Assembly: GCF_004010195.1 (NCBI RefSeq)
Contig: NC_057719.1
Coordinates: 34,153,042 to 34,217,041 of the forward strand
DNA: 64,000 nt
Reading direction: 5' to 3'
Origin: Chiloscyllium plagiosum
Lineage: Eukaryota
Shown here piece after piece: positions 1-12,561 of this stretch. The notes under the pieces were generated by a model that was not told the origin of the DNA, searched no databases, and saw only the letters and a program-made list of their open reading frames with translations. The position numbers were made by a program, and so were the translations under genes. Each line of letters starts with the position of its first letter. The stretch's first letter is position 1.

Positions 1-327
1 TTTCCTCATTTCCCCTTCCCCCACCTCACCCTAGTTCCAAACTTGCAGCTCAGCACTGTCCCCATGACTTGTCCTACCTGCCTATCTTCTTTTCCACCTG
101 TACACTCCACCCTCCTCCCTGACATATCACCTTCATCCCCTCCCCCTTTCACCTATTGTACTCCATGCTACGTTCTCCCCACCCCCACCCTTCTCTAGCT
201 TATCTCTCCATGCTTCAGGCTCTCTGCCTTTATTCCTGATGAAGGGCTTTTGCCTGAAACGTTGATTTTACTGCTCCTTGGATGCTGCCTGAACTGCTGT
301 GCTCTTCCAGCACCACTAATCCAGAAC
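1..327 (+). mobile_element. 3' end / pseudo-LTR of a Penelope-like element (family A)
   Basis: C-rich tract, then TAGCTTATCTCTCCATGCTTCAGG...CTGATGAAGGGCTTTTGCC; the same terminus follows PLE coding sequence at 40041-40208 and, in part, at 16610-16810. Confidence 0.8.
232..267 (+). ncRNA. Minimal hammerhead ribozyme (family A)
   Basis: ATTC-CTGATGA-A-GGGC TTTT GCCT-GAAA-CGTT-GATT: hammerhead core with stem II and palindromic ACGT stem III. Confidence 0.65.
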
Positions 328-542
328 CTCCTTACTCTTGTTTTAATACTTTGACTAATTAAGGCAAGTATTCCATATGCCTTCTTAACCACCTTATCTA
401 CCTATTTTACTGCTCCTTGGATGCTGCCTGAACTGCTGTGCTCTTCCAGCACCACTAATCCAGAACCTCCTTACTCTTGTTTTAATACTTTGACTAATTA
501 AGGCAAGTATTCCATATGCCTTCTTAACCACCTTATCTACCT
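265..542 (+). repeat. Perfect 139-bp tandem duplication (265-403 / 404-542)
   Basis: The two copies read as identical by direct comparison; the unit spans a PLE terminus and adjacent CR1-like sequence. Confidence 0.95.
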
Positions 543-1440
543 ATACTGCTGCCTTCAAATACCTTTGGACAATATCGATCACCCTTTCCATCAGTTTTCT
601 GATGATCAGGAATAGACTGACGGGGTGGTAATTGGCTGGGATTGTTGTTGGGGTTTAAAAGGGGGTTCAAGTTTTAACTGGATAGAACCATATATTGATA
701 ATTCATCACTATTTTCATGGGATTATAACTAACCTGTTCAGTTTCTTTCTGCTCAGTTGATTCCCATCCGACAGGTAAATCAGGGACTTCACATGCTTTA
801 ATGAAATCATTAGCTTTTACAGTAATACCAGATTAGTGAAGTTTAAGAGTCAGCACATTTTCTGAAGTGGATCATTGTGAAAATATTAGACCGAAGTGGT
901 GACTCTGCCCTGCCATTCCCAAGACAAAATTCAATGACTCCTTGTGTGTTCAAGTATTTGCAACTACTGACTGGCTGTCTGCGAATTCTTAGAGTGATAA
1001 TGTTTCTAAAGTGAAGAACTTACTTTCATGAAACTTGCTCTGCTCATGTCAAATCAGACCTTTTCCACCCTTGTTACTTTGAGTTATCTACACAACAATC
1101 CAGCCATCAGGTATGTTTTAAAGAAATAGAACAATAAGAAAACCATTTCAAGTTTCCAATCCAAATTTTCTTCCAAGGATTGAGATCCCACATATGTCAG
1201 ATTACATTTTCAGAACCAGAGAGAATTTTCAGTCATAATCATACCATTACATTACTCAGGAATGTACCAGCCCTTAATCTTTTCGAATGTTTTTAATGTG
1301 AAATTCTCAGTTCACAATGCTCATGTCTTTTTAATGTGAAGTCTATCAACAATATTCCCTGTCATGGAATAGGGTATTTTTGACAGCAATATCTGAGTGC
1401 CTATCTATCTCAGCATATTCTGAAAGCTACAGTCAGAATT

Positions 1441-1740
1441 GGGCGACACGGTGGCTCAATGATTAGCACTGCTGCCTCACGGTCCCAGGTTCGATTCCAG
1501 CCTTGGGTAACTGTCCGTGTGGATTTTGCACATTCTTTCCTGTCTGTGTGGGTTTCCTCTGGGTGCTCCAGTTTCCTCCCACAGTCCAAAGATCAGGTGA
1601 ATTGGCCGTGCTAAATTGCCCATAGTGTTAGGTGCATTAGTCGGAGGGGAAGTGGGTCTGGGTGGGTGCTCTTCGGAGGGTCAGTGTGGATTTGTTGGGC
1701 TGAAGGGCCTGTTTCCACACAGTAGGTAATCTAATCTAAT
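1441..1740 (+). mobile_element. HE1-type tRNA-derived V-SINE
   Basis: GGGCGACACGGTGGCTCAATGATTAGCAC A-box head, GGTTCGATTCC B-box, central GGGTTTCCTCTGGGTGCTCCAGTTTCCTCCCAC domain, (CTAAT)n tail. Confidence 0.85.
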
Positions 1741-3999
1741 TCCTCCATTTTAACAGTGAGGGTGGTTAACCTCACTTATATTCTCATCACAAAATCTAGG
1801 CCAATGAATTCAGCCTAATGAATGTATCTCTTAGAACAAAAGTGTTGTGTATTGTAACTTAATTTAAATTCACTTTGTAGTGTTAAACTAAAGGCTTCAG
1901 ATTTTTCTCGTGCCCTGTGGATTAGAGAGAGGATCATCTCACCACCTGTTTCTTAGCATCTGTGATGCTGTACATGACAGGAGATACAAAGGAACCATGC
2001 CTTGGGATATATAACGCATCTAGGCCGATCACATCATTCAATATAACTGGAAAAGAGCCACTGTCAAGGCATTTATGTTTAATCTGCACATAACCAGATG
2101 GGTAGCTATAGCCTGACATGGAATACAGAAAAAAAGACTTTGCATTTAATTTCCACCAGAATTGAGAAGCAGGAACTAACGCTTTGATAGATATGGCTAA
2201 GTATTTGTATTTTGCTGTCCTGGATAGAGAATAACAGAGAAACAACGCTATGGAACAATAATCAAATATTAGGTACCCATGGTAATGCTGTATATTTGGC
2301 TTAGGTTGCTGACATGATATGAGGCTGAGGTTTTCTCCACACCCAGAGCAAAGGGCACTCCAGAGCTTCATTCAGGAACATGTGTGTCATGTAGTCAACT
2401 GTGTGCTGTGATCACTAATGTCCTGACTTGCACACAATGTAGTGGACAATCCCATTCTGGATTTGGAATCTCGGATCAGGATTCAAGGGCTTAACATTGA
2501 CATTAAACTTGGTGCTGTTGAAAGACCTCAGGCTCAAAAATCAATATAGTTGGTTTCAGACTATAGGGATCATTATGTGTGATTACTCAGAAGCCAGGCA
2601 AGTTGATTTAGGCAGCAACCACCACGATTGCAGATGGCTTAGCGCTAAATATACAATTCACTGATTATAAACTCAAAAGGACATATATGTTCAGCTAAGG
2701 TTAGCATGAATTACAGCTAATTATCACTTCCTAAAAGGTAGCCTACACCTTTTAAGGATGAAATACATCTTGGCTGCAGCAGTTGCTGTAACTATCTCTG
2801 TAAGTGCATCTCATGAGGAAGAAAGGCAGAATTAACAAGATATAGAGAAGGCTCTTAGGTTCTCTGATGCAACACTGATTACTATTGGTGCAAAGGACTT
2901 GGATCAGGGCTTGAGTGGGATAGCACACAGAACACAGTTGATGGATGTGCACACAGGGTGTTTTGTGCCTTCCATAGGGACTCATGCCAATGTTACTGAT
3001 ATGGAAGAGATCACTTCAACTTGACGTAGAGCTCCATGCAGAGTTTGGAGCCCATCCTGTGCAGGATGGAAATGGTATTCACCTCCAGGGCAGCACCTGC
3101 ATACCCAGCCACAATACAGCATCTGAACGCAATTGCCCAGCTTCTATTGTATCACAAGAAGAAGCTGCCCATGACCTAAGGACTGCACTGTAAGCTCAAG
3201 TCAAGGTCATGAGGTCTCTGTTTCTTTCCTGCAGAGCCAGCTTGCTGTCATCCAGATTCTGACATCATGGGTTTTAATATACAAGTGCTCAAAGGGACTT
3301 GCAGGTTCTCATAAGTGTCCAAAAGGCAATGGTCCAGCAGAACACCAGGATTGCTGAAGCACTGCCCAGGGAGCGATACTATACCTTTTCTCAAAATGAC
3401 GGGACCCATGCTTCCACCATAGCTGCTGCCAAGGTCTCTCCGTCTGTTAACAAAGGCTGCTGATATGCAGGCCAAAATTAATGCTGACAAAGTTGGGCTC
3501 TCAAGACCCAGAGCTAGTCATCTGCAGAGTCCCATCCTGAGAGTCAGCAACCTTTAACCAGTCGTGCTGCAACCATTGGAGTTGCACTGATTAGCAACGG
3601 AACAGCAGATTGTGATGGTATGTAGAAGGGGATAATTGAATATTTTATATATTACTAGTAGTTTTGTTGGGTAAAGGTATTGTAGATTTTTTTTTGTGTG
3701 ATCTTTTATTTCATTTTGCCAAAATAGTAATGTAATGTTCATTAATAGAGAAGTTATAAGATGGACAACTGTGGAAAGTAATCTGGAGATTTTGTTCAGG
3801 GAAAATGGGGTCTGACGAACTACTCTCTGAAAGCTTGTTTGGAGAAATTATATCTCAAATACTTTCTCCCTTTTCCTCCTTTACATTTTCCTCCACTTCT
3901 TCATCCTCTTCCTCCTGGTAAACACCCCCCTGATTGCCTGCTGAGGTTCCCATAATGTTGAAACTAGCTACAAAGCCTAATATCACAGACCTCATTCAT

Positions 4000-5155
4000 T
4001 TCATAAGGCCATAAGGAATAGGAACCTGAGTAGGCCATTCAAACCCTTGAATCAGCTCCATCATTCAGTAAGATCATGGCTGATCCAACATTCCTCATGT
4101 CTACTTTCCTGTGCTTTCCTGTAACCCTTGATTCCCTACTGATCAAGAATCTATCTCAGTCTAAAATAAACACAAGGACTCTGCCATAGAGCTCTCTGCA
4201 GCAAGTAATTCACAAGACTCTGAGAAAGGAAATACCTCCCTATCTCGGTCTTAAATTGGCACCCCTTTCGTCTGAGACTATGTCCTCTGGCCCTAGACTC
4301 TCCCATGAGAGGAAACATCCTCTCAGTATTTATACTGTCAAACCCCTTAAGAATTCTGTAAATTTTATTGATAGCACCTTTCATTCTTCTAAACAACTTG
4401 TTTAGCCTTTGCTCATAAAACAATCCCTCCACACTGGAGATTATCTTAGTGAACCTGCTCTGAACTGCCTCCAGTGAAATGCTTTATTTCCTCAAATAAT
4501 GGGACCAAAACTGCTCACAGAAGTGGTCACAAAAGCACCTTGTAGATTGCAATAAGACCTCCCTACTCTTATATTCCAACCTCTTCCTCAACATTCCATT
4601 AGCCTTCTTGCTGTGCGCTAGCTTTCTGTGTTTTGTGCACAAGTATGCCCAAGTTCCCTTTGGCAGTTTTCTGCAGTTATCTCCACTTAAATAATGTCCT
4701 GTTTTCACTTTTTCCTATATTATACTCCACGTATCCACTTTTTGCCCACTTACTTAAGCTATCAATATCTTTCTGTAAACTGTCTGCATCTCCTCTACAA
4801 CTTGCCTTTCTAAACTACTTCTGTATTGTCTGCAAATTTGACTGCAGTACCTTCACTTCTTTCCTCCAAGTCATTCATAAACACTGATTCCTATGGAAAC
4901 ACATTGGTCAGAGGTTGTCAGCCTGAACACAAACCTTATCCCCACTCAGTGTTTCCTGCCCATTAGCCGATACTCCACCCATGCAAATATACTACCTCAG
5001 ACACTATGGGCTCTTATCTAAAGTCTAAACTCTTAGTGAGGCAACAGGTGTTTGGCTAATTAGCCTACAGTTACCTACTTTTCGCCTCTCTCCCTTTTTG
5101 AATAGGGGTGTCACATTGACAATTTTTAAATCTTCCAATACTTCTCCAGAATCTG
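4000..5155 (-). mobile_element. CR1 LINE remnant (internally deleted ORF2 plus 3' UTR)
   Basis: Peptides MEGLFYEQRL..KIYRILKGFD..SRARGHSL and NVTPLFKKG match CR1 ORF2. Confidence 0.85.
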
Positions 5156-5218
5156 AATCCTCCAGTTGGGAACAAGCTATAAAAGTGACTTCCTGTTTGT
5201 CACTTAGTTTTGCTTTTG

Positions 5219-5568
5219 GAGAAGCCAGTGTTGGACTGGGATGTATAAAGTTAAAAATCACACAACACCTGGTTATAGTCCAACAGGTTTAATTGGAAGC
5301 TGAAAAATGTGTTGCTGGAAAAGCGCAGCAGGTCAGGCAGCATCCAAGGAGCAGGAGAACCGACATTTCGGGCATAAGCCCTTCTTCAGGAATCCAGCAA
5401 CACATTTTTCAGCTCTGATCTCCAGCGCCTGCAGTCCTCACTTTCTCCCAGGTTTAATTGGAAGCACTAACTTTCGGAACGCTGCCTCTTCAGCCCAGCG
5501 CTCCGAAGGCTAATGCTTCCAATTAAACCTGTTGGACTATAACCTGGCATTGTTTGATTTTTAACTTG
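5219..5568. mobile_element. Family B short inverted-repeat PLE-terminus element
   Basis: GTTAAAAATCACACAACACC...AACAGGTTTAATTGGAAGC and its reverse complement; flanked by TTGCTTTTG (5210-5218 / 5569-5577). Confidence 0.8.
5301..5448. mobile_element. Family A element nested in family B; hammerhead on - strand (5358-5393)
   Basis: 17-bp TSD CAGGTTTAATTGGAAGC (5284-5300 / 5449-5465); reverse complement reads ATTC-CTGAAGA-A-GGGC TTAT GCCC-GAAA-TGTC. Confidence 0.85.
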
Positions 5569-5627
5569 TTGCTTTTGTGAGAGAAAGGGTGTCAATGAAA
5601 ATGATTAGATCCTTACTGATAGCCAGG

Positions 5628-5782
5628 TGGAAGTGGGTTCTGCAGATGTTGGAGATTATAGTCAAGATTAGAGTGGTGCTGGAAAAGCACAGCAGGTCAG
5701 GCAGCATCAAAGGAGCAGGAAAATCCATGTTTCAGGCAAAAGCCCTGATGAAGGGCTTTTGCCCAAAACATTGATTTTCCTG
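5628..5782. mobile_element. Family A element, partly inverted
   Basis: GTGGTGCTGGAAAAGCACAGCAGGTCAGGCAGCATC followed by inverted CTGATGAAGGGCTTTTGCCC at 5745. Confidence 0.75.
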
Positions 5783-6014
5783 ACTATCAGCTACTTAAGT
5801 CCATGCCCACATCTTTTACTTATGCTGGTTTTCCCAGGAAATTATCATGTTTATGCTGTTTTCACAAGAGTTACTATTCACCTTTCTCTGCACGTTGCAG
5901 GGGAGGAGAACATAATGATAGCAATGGACATGCCCAACAATTCTGTTTGCAATGAGGATCCCACTTTACATCATCAGACCTGTACAGACCCAGACGTTCA
6001 GGGCTTGCTCTAAC

Positions 6015-6185
6015 CTTTTTTGTCAAAAGACTGTAAATGAACTTTATGCATTGGATATGCATCAAACGCCCAATCCTTTTGATGTAGGTGTGTAATCCAA
6101 TTTCCATCAGCTTCAGGCCTCTCACACTGGTATTGCGCCAAACCATTTGTGCATCTAGCGTGAACCTCCATAGTACTAATTGCTT
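6015..6185 (-). other. Candidate 171-bp exon, product unknown
   Basis: Acceptor CCCCTGTTTTTAG|, donor AAG|GTTAGA, length 57 codons, open as KQLVLWRFTLDAQMVWRNTSVRGLKLMEIGLHTYIKRIGRLMHIQCIKFIYSLLTKK; no homolog recognised. Confidence 0.3.
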
Positions 6186-6554
6186 CTAAAAACAGGGGAC
6201 ATAAGTTGCAGCATAGTAAGCAAAACAGGTATACCTAGACTAGCAATCAGTAAGTAAACCATTACACAGCAATTTGCACAATTTCCTCTTGAGGAACCTG
6301 TTGAGGTCAACAAATGAGACTAACATGAGTGCCTCAACACCATTGTATGTACTGCAGTCCACAAAGTATCCATTTATTTAACAATACAGTTACATTTATC
6401 AAACACAACTAGTTTGCTTTACTGGATTATGTTTCTCTAACTACCCATTAGTTTTATCCGAATTACATGATGCCATCTGTAGCACAATCACATACCAATC
6501 TATTAATCAGTGCTTTGATGTCCAGCCAAAAGGGCAGGATTGCTTTTTTCTCAC

Positions 6555-6753
6555 CTTCTTACAGTTGGCTCTTGAAGTGATCACCAGGCATCTTAGCTCA
6601 TTAAGAAATGCGCGACTGGCATAATTTCAGATACATCATTAATGGACAGTTCTCTGCTTTTCACAATCAATTCTCTGTTGCACAAATTCAGTGACAGGCA
6701 AAACCCTGCCATCTGCTCTTTCCTTTGGTGGTTGTTTAAATTTGGAGAAGATT
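6555..6753 (-). other. Candidate 199-bp exon (non-coding or decayed)
   Basis: Acceptor TATTTTCACTCTTGCAG|, donor AAG|GTGAGA; all three frames contain stops. Confidence 0.25.
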
Positions 6754-6899
6754 CTGCAAGAGTGAAAATATCCCTTATGGTCTTGAATATTTTGTCTTCT
6801 AATGTTATTTTAAGTAACACTATAGTTAGCATTGGTTGACAGTATTACGTAGATGTGATAACAATAGATGTCACAGGTGTAGCACAGCACAGTCTTTTC

Positions 6900-7990
6900 A
6901 TTTGTAGCTAATCTAGGTAGATAGAACAAAAATCACACCATGTGGAGAATCCTTGGCTTAACAGTGATGAGCCACCTGCTTGAACCACTGCAGACTATCT
7001 GGTGAAAGCGAAATGTTGCTTATGGACATGGGATACTTCTGAACCTTTGGGGTTGTGAATGTTGTTGAAAATTCTGCAATCATCAGGGAAAATGCCCACT
7101 TCTGAACTTATGATGCAGTAAGGATCATCAATCAAATAGCTGAAGATGGTTGAGCTTGGAAAACAATCCTGGGGAACTCCTACAGTGATGTGTTGCATCT
7201 GAACCTCCAACCACCACAACCATCTTCCTCTGTGCTCAGTATAACTGCAATCAATGGAGAGCTTTCCCCCCATTCATACTGACTTTAATACTATTCCTGG
7301 GATTTTGTCAGGGCCCATAGCTTTTGCACCATCTGGTGCTTTCATCCATTTCTTGGTATCATGTGAAATGAGGAGAAAATGAGGACTGCAGGTGCTGGAG
7401 ATCAGAGTCAAAAAGTGTGGTGCTGGAAAAGCACAGCCAGTCTGACAGTATCCAAGGAGCAGGATACTCCTTGTTTCAAGCATAAACTCTTCTTCAGGAA
7501 TGTCACATTCCTGATGAAGAGCTTATGCTTGAAACGTTGACTCTCCTGCTCCTTGGATGCTGCCTGATTGGCTGTGCTTTTCTAGCACCACACCTTTTGA
7601 CTCTGATCGTGTGAAATGATTTGAATTGATTGAAGACTGGCATTTGTGATCTTGTAGACCTTAAAATGAGGCAGAGGTGGACCATCCATTTGGCATTTCA
7701 CAACTCCTGCTGCTGCCGCAGAATGGAAATTTGTGGCAAGACTGCACTGGTTTATTCTGACCAGTTTGTTGTGCCATTTTTTAAAATTTTCCATCTGTTG
7801 CATGCTGCCTCCATTATTTGGCATGTAAGTAATCCTTACTATAGTTTCACCAAGTTGACACCTTATTTTCAGGTCTAATTAGGTCCTGGTCCTGGAATGC
7901 TCTTCTGTACTCTTCATTAACCCTCTGGCTTGATAGCGATAGAAGAATGAGAAATCTACTGAGTTCTGAAGTTAGAGAATGTGGTTGAAT
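6900..7990 (-). mobile_element. Old CR1/L2-type LINE remnant
   Basis: GVPQD..FPDD and KAMGPDKIPGIVLK peptides typical of non-LTR RT. Confidence 0.65.
7372..7605. mobile_element. Family A inverted-repeat element; hammerhead at 7507-7542 (+)
   Basis: Arms inverted about ~7503; TSD ATC(A/G)TGTGAAATGA (7358-7371 / 7606-7619); CTGATGA-A-GAGC TTAT GCTT-GAAA-CGTT. Confidence 0.85.
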
Positions 7991-7999
7991 ACAATTCTG

Positions 8000-8603
8000 T
8001 TGCTCCTGGTATGAAAATGAGGAAGTCTTGCTAAAACTAATTGACCACACTTGGAATACACCGAACAGTTTCAATCTCTTTATCAGTTATCCACTAGCAT
8101 TGGAGGCAATCCAGAAGGGTTCACTTGGTCTTTCCCAGGTATGGATGGATTGTCTTATGAGGAGAGGTTCAATGGATTAGGCCTGTTCACATTGGAGACT
8201 GGAAGAATGAAAGGGGACCTTATTGAGGCATACAAGATTCTTAGGGGATTTCACAGGGTAGATTCGGAAATGCTGTTTCCACTTGAGGGAGAGTCTAGGA
8301 CCAGAGGATATAATCTCAGTGTAAGGTTTTGCCCAGTTAGGACGGAGATGAGGAGGAAATTCTTCCCTCAGAGGGTTATGAATCTGTGAAATTCTTGACT
8401 GCAGCGGGCTGTACAGATTGCATCATTGAGTCTATTTAAGACCGAGAGAGACAGATCTTTAATCGATAGGGAAATTAAGGGTTATGAGGGAAAGGAAGAA
8501 ATTGAAATTTAGGATTATCATAACAGCCTTGATCTTATTGAATAGCAGAGCAGACTCTGTGGGCTGAATGTTCTACTTCTGCTCCTATGCTTTATGGTCT
8601 TAT
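8000..8603 (+). mobile_element. CR1 LINE 3' end
   Basis: PGMDGLSYEERFNGLGLFTLE..GDLIEAYKIL..SRTRGYNL..FFPQRVMNL. Confidence 0.9.
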
Positions 8604-9658
8604 TGTATTCTGGGATTTAAATCAAATTTACAGATTTTGAGAAAATTAAACTAACAATGCATCAACTTTCTCAATAGCCACTTCTTTTAAGAACCTATGA
8701 TGAAATCTGTCAAATCTCAGTGAACTGCCAACCCAAACTTCAAACCACCTGCTCAGTATTGCTTCTCTGGTGATTGGATTTTCCTAAATTTCTCCCTGCC
8801 ATTCATTTCCTTATTACTGAGATATCACATGCATCCTCTAGAGGAAAGGTTAATGCAAAATATCTATTCAATTCACCTCCCATTTCCATATTTCCCACTA
8901 TTAATTTCTAGACTCACTTTCTATAGAACCCGATACCAACTTTGCTAACATTGTTGCTTTTTTAAATTTCTGCAGGAAGTTTTATTGTCTGTTTGTATAT
9001 TTCTAGTCAGCTTTCTGATGTACTTCTAATTCATTTTATAGCCATCCTTTGCTGTCTTTCACATTCTAAACAAATTTCTGACCCGCCACCAATCTTTGCA
9101 CAACTATACACTTTCCTTTTAAGTTTAATACCATCTTGAACTTTTTTAAGTTAACCACAATGATGGATGTTTCTCTTGGATTTTTAAAAATTGCTCCTTG
9201 AAATGTACCAATTCTATGCATTCTGAAATATTCCCATAAATATTTGCCACTGCATCTCTAATACTAAAATACAATACAGTGGATGCAGAAAATATGAAAT
9301 AAAAACAAATAAATGCTGGATATACTCAACAAGTCAGAACATGTCTGTGAATAGAAGTCGAATTAGCAGTTTAGGTCAGGTTGACTTTTCAACAGAACCA
9401 ATAGTGCACTCCAATATATTTGAAGACCTTCCTACTTTCCTTCAATGGCGTTCATTGCTTTAACAGTATGTCAGACATCCGATTCGGCAACTTGGTAAAC
9501 ACATTTCTTAATGCCCACTTGCCTTTTCAAAACAAAGCCCTGTTATCAATCACTGTATTAAAACCACTTCTAACTTATCATGCAGTATTTCATTATTACA
9601 CATGAAGTTCGCAATTTAACTTTCATATTATTCTGGAAGCCACGTCATGATTCCCCAA

Positions 9659-9739
9659 CGTGTCAAGAGTGTGGTGCTGGAAAAGCACAGCAGGTCAGAT
9701 AACATCCAAGGAGCAGGAGAGTCGACATTTTAGGCAAAT
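9659..9739 (-). mobile_element. Truncated family A element
   Basis: 11-bp TSD TGATTCCCCAA (9648-9658 / 9740-9750). Confidence 0.8.
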
Positions 9740-10254
9740 TGATTCCCCAATGGTTCATAATGCCTCTGGACTGGTGTCATCTGCGTCACTTAGAAAACTG
9801 GGAAAACTCAATGAAAATTGCAGAAGATCTCCCTCTTCGACAATGGTGCCAACAATACTGGGACATCAATGTTCAGGCTTGCACCTTGCCTCTTCACCCC
9901 ATGCAACTGAAAATTGCCAACTCCAGAATTCTGGATTGAAGTCCATTCAGCCATTTTTAATGCCTAACCAATGTAGTCCTCTACTTGGCTGATAAAATGC
10001 AGCCCAAACATTTGCATTGAAGATAGCCCAATGGCTGATGGTCAGGCGACAAATGTACTGAAATGAGATAGCTGCTTGATGCTTGGATTGGTCAACACAG
10101 AGGGTGGGGACACTCTGAGTTTCCCAACAACCACCTACCAGCCTGATTGACCAGCGTAACAAACACTGAAATTAGTGCACAAACTGTGTGCTAAGCCCTT
10201 AAGAACTGAAAATAATTAGCAAACCTCTCTATTATCTGCAAAAAAAGACCTCAA

Positions 10255-11532
10255 TGGAAACATTTGGAAGATGGTGTGCTGTGTAAATGTTTTAGGGACA
10301 TAGATTCGCAATAATTCACAATATATAGTAATGATTTAAATTAGGGCACTAAATGTAAAATCTCCAAGTTTGGCGACAAAGCTAGGTGGGAGGGTAAGCT
10401 GTGAAGAGGTTACAGAAATGCTTCTTCATGGACTGGACAAGTTAAGTGAGTGGACAAATACACAAAGTTTAATGTGAATAACTGTGGTAGCAAAAAGAGG
10501 AAAGCAGGTTATTGCCTGAATGAATACAATCTGAGAGAGGGTTATATGCATCAAGACCTGAGTTGCTGAAGATAAGTATGCAGGTGCAGCAGGCAGTAAA
10601 GAAAGCAAACAGTATGTTGACCATTGTAATGAGAAGATTTGAGTACAAGAGCAGAGATAGCTTTCTGCAATTACACAGAGCCATGGTGCAACTACATTTG
10701 GAATATTATGTGCAGTTTTAGTCTCCTTATCTGAGGAGGAAGTTAGTGCGGTGAATGTTTACCAGACTTGTTCCTGGGATGGTGGGTCTGATATATGAAG
10801 TGAGATTGAGTTAGTTAGGATTGTATTCACAAAATCTCAGAAAAATGAGGATGGATGTCATGGAAACTTAAAATGGTTAGACAGGTGAAATGCAAAAAAA
10901 AATCTAATGCTTAGAACTAGGTGTCTAAGCATACAGGGTAAACCATTTGGGACTGAGATGAGAAATCATAGAATCCCTACAATGCCATTTGGCGTATAGA
11001 GTCTATACTGGTCCTGCGAGAAGCATCTCACCTCAACCCAGCCTTCCACCCTATTCCATAACCCTGCATTTACCATGGCTAATCCACCTAATTTACACAT
11101 CCCTGGACACGACAGGGTAATTTAGCTGGGCCAATCCACCTTAACTGCTCATCTTTGGACTGCAGGAGAAAACTGGTGCATCTGGCAAAAACCTACAGGT
11201 TTTTACAGAGAGAACATGCAAAGTCCACACTGACAGTTACTCAAGGTTGGAATCAAACGTGGGCTCTTGGTGCTGTGAAGTTGCAGTACTAGCCACTGTG
11301 TGACTGTGCTGCCACTCACAGAGTGGTGAGCCTGTGGACTTCATTAGCTCAGAAAGCAGTCAAGGTCAAAACGTTTATGATTTCAAGAAGTAGTTGGATA
11401 TAGTACATGGGACAAAAGAGATCAAAGGGGTAAAGAGGGAACAGGCGATTGAGTTGGGTGGTCAGACATGATCATAAGAATGATGAAGTGGGTCTTGACA
11501 GGCTGCTCCTACTCCCATTTTCCATGTTTCTA
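10255..11532 (+). mobile_element. Decayed CR1 LINE interrupted by an HE1 SINE
   Basis: ISKFGD-like RT motif, KKANSML and LEYYVQF-like segments, CR1-type 3' UTR. Confidence 0.75.
10966..11313 (-). mobile_element. HE1-type SINE
   Basis: Reverse-complement similarity to 1441-1740. Confidence 0.8.
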
Positions 11533-11767
11533 TATCTCACCATGGCATACAGTAAAATTTGAATTCAATAAATTTCTGAAATAATAGCCAAATGGCAGCC
11601 ATGTAACGACTGTTGATTGTTGTAAATACCCACCTCGTTAACTAATGTTCTTTTAAGGAGGAAATCTGCCACCCTTATCTGATGTGGCCCATATGTGATT
11701 CCAGACCCAGCAAAGTGGTTGACTCTTAATTATGGACAAATGGGGATAAGCAATAAAAATGCTGGTA

Positions 11768-12236
11768 GAGCCCAGGTGTTCTTGGAGAAGGAGCACACAA
11801 TGTCCACCAACACCCTCGAGATTTTCAGGGAAAGGTGAGCACCCCAGGGAGTGGACTGTATTATTTCCCCCTCCAACTCTATTTTGATTTAATCCCTGCC
11901 CTCCCCTTCACTGTTTGATCACGCAGCATTGCCCTTTGTTGAGAAGGGCACTACTTGTCACTGGCCACTTGGGTGTTTTCTTTTTTCTGGGTGGTGGAAA
12001 CTGAATTAAGATTGGTACACCTGTTGTCTTTCACTGTGTCTCACACCTGCACACACACAACATGGGTAAGCACTACCGCAGTTAGGCGGGAGTGTGTGGG
12101 TTTTTTGGAAAAAAAGAAAAAAAAAAGGTATAAACAGAGATTTAGAGTCGCATCAGTTTAGAGGACTGACTCTGTGCTGGCTGGTACTACAGTCAGTGTG
12201 CTCCTGCCGTTGTTGGTTTCTGCTTTTCTAACAAAA
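11768..12236 (+). mobile_element. Tx1/L1-clade LINE 3' end
   Basis: ORF2 C-terminus LEKEHTMSTNTLEIFRER*APQGVDCII, then 3' UTR and A-rich end; 16-bp TSD AATAAAAATGCTGGTA (11752-11767 / 12237-12252); inserted in a SINE similar to 28254-28925. Confidence 0.7.
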
Positions 12237-12418
12237 AATAAAAATGCTGGTATGCTAGAAATGCCTGCAAGCCAAGAACAAATTATGTATTCTTTAAAAT
12301 GCAGATGTTCTCTGCTGAACATTGGTGATGATGTGGAGATGCCGGTGTTGGACTGGGGTGTACAAAGTTAAAAATCACACAACACCAAGTCATAGTCCAA
12401 CAGGTTTAATTGGAAGCA

Positions 12419-12453
12419 CACTAGCTTTCGGAGTGACGCTCCTTCATCAGGTG
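12419..12453 (-). ncRNA. Minimal hammerhead ribozyme (family B)
   Basis: Reverse complement reads CAC-CTGATGA-A-GGAG CGTCA CTCC-GAAA-GCTA-GTG. Confidence 0.75.
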
Positions 12454-12526
12454 GTAGTGGAGGGCTCAATCCTAACACACAGAATTTGCTTTAAATTCTG
12501 TGTGTTAGGATTGAGCCATCCACTAC

Positions 12527-12561
12527 CACCTGATGAAGGAGCATCACTCCGAAAGCTAGTG
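12527..12561 (+). ncRNA. Minimal hammerhead ribozyme (family B)
   Basis: CAC-CTGATGA-A-GGAG CATCA CTCC-GAAA-GCTA-GTG: stem I CAC/GTG, palindromic AGCT stem III, CUA cleavage triplet. Confidence 0.75.

Noticed and set aside
1441..1520. tRNA-like A/B boxes
   Set aside because: These are SINE heads, not tRNA genes; there is no cloverleaf and the SINE body continues
1934..2371. 145-aa ORF on - strand
   Set aside because: No recognisable domain, non-ATG start, no supporting exon structure
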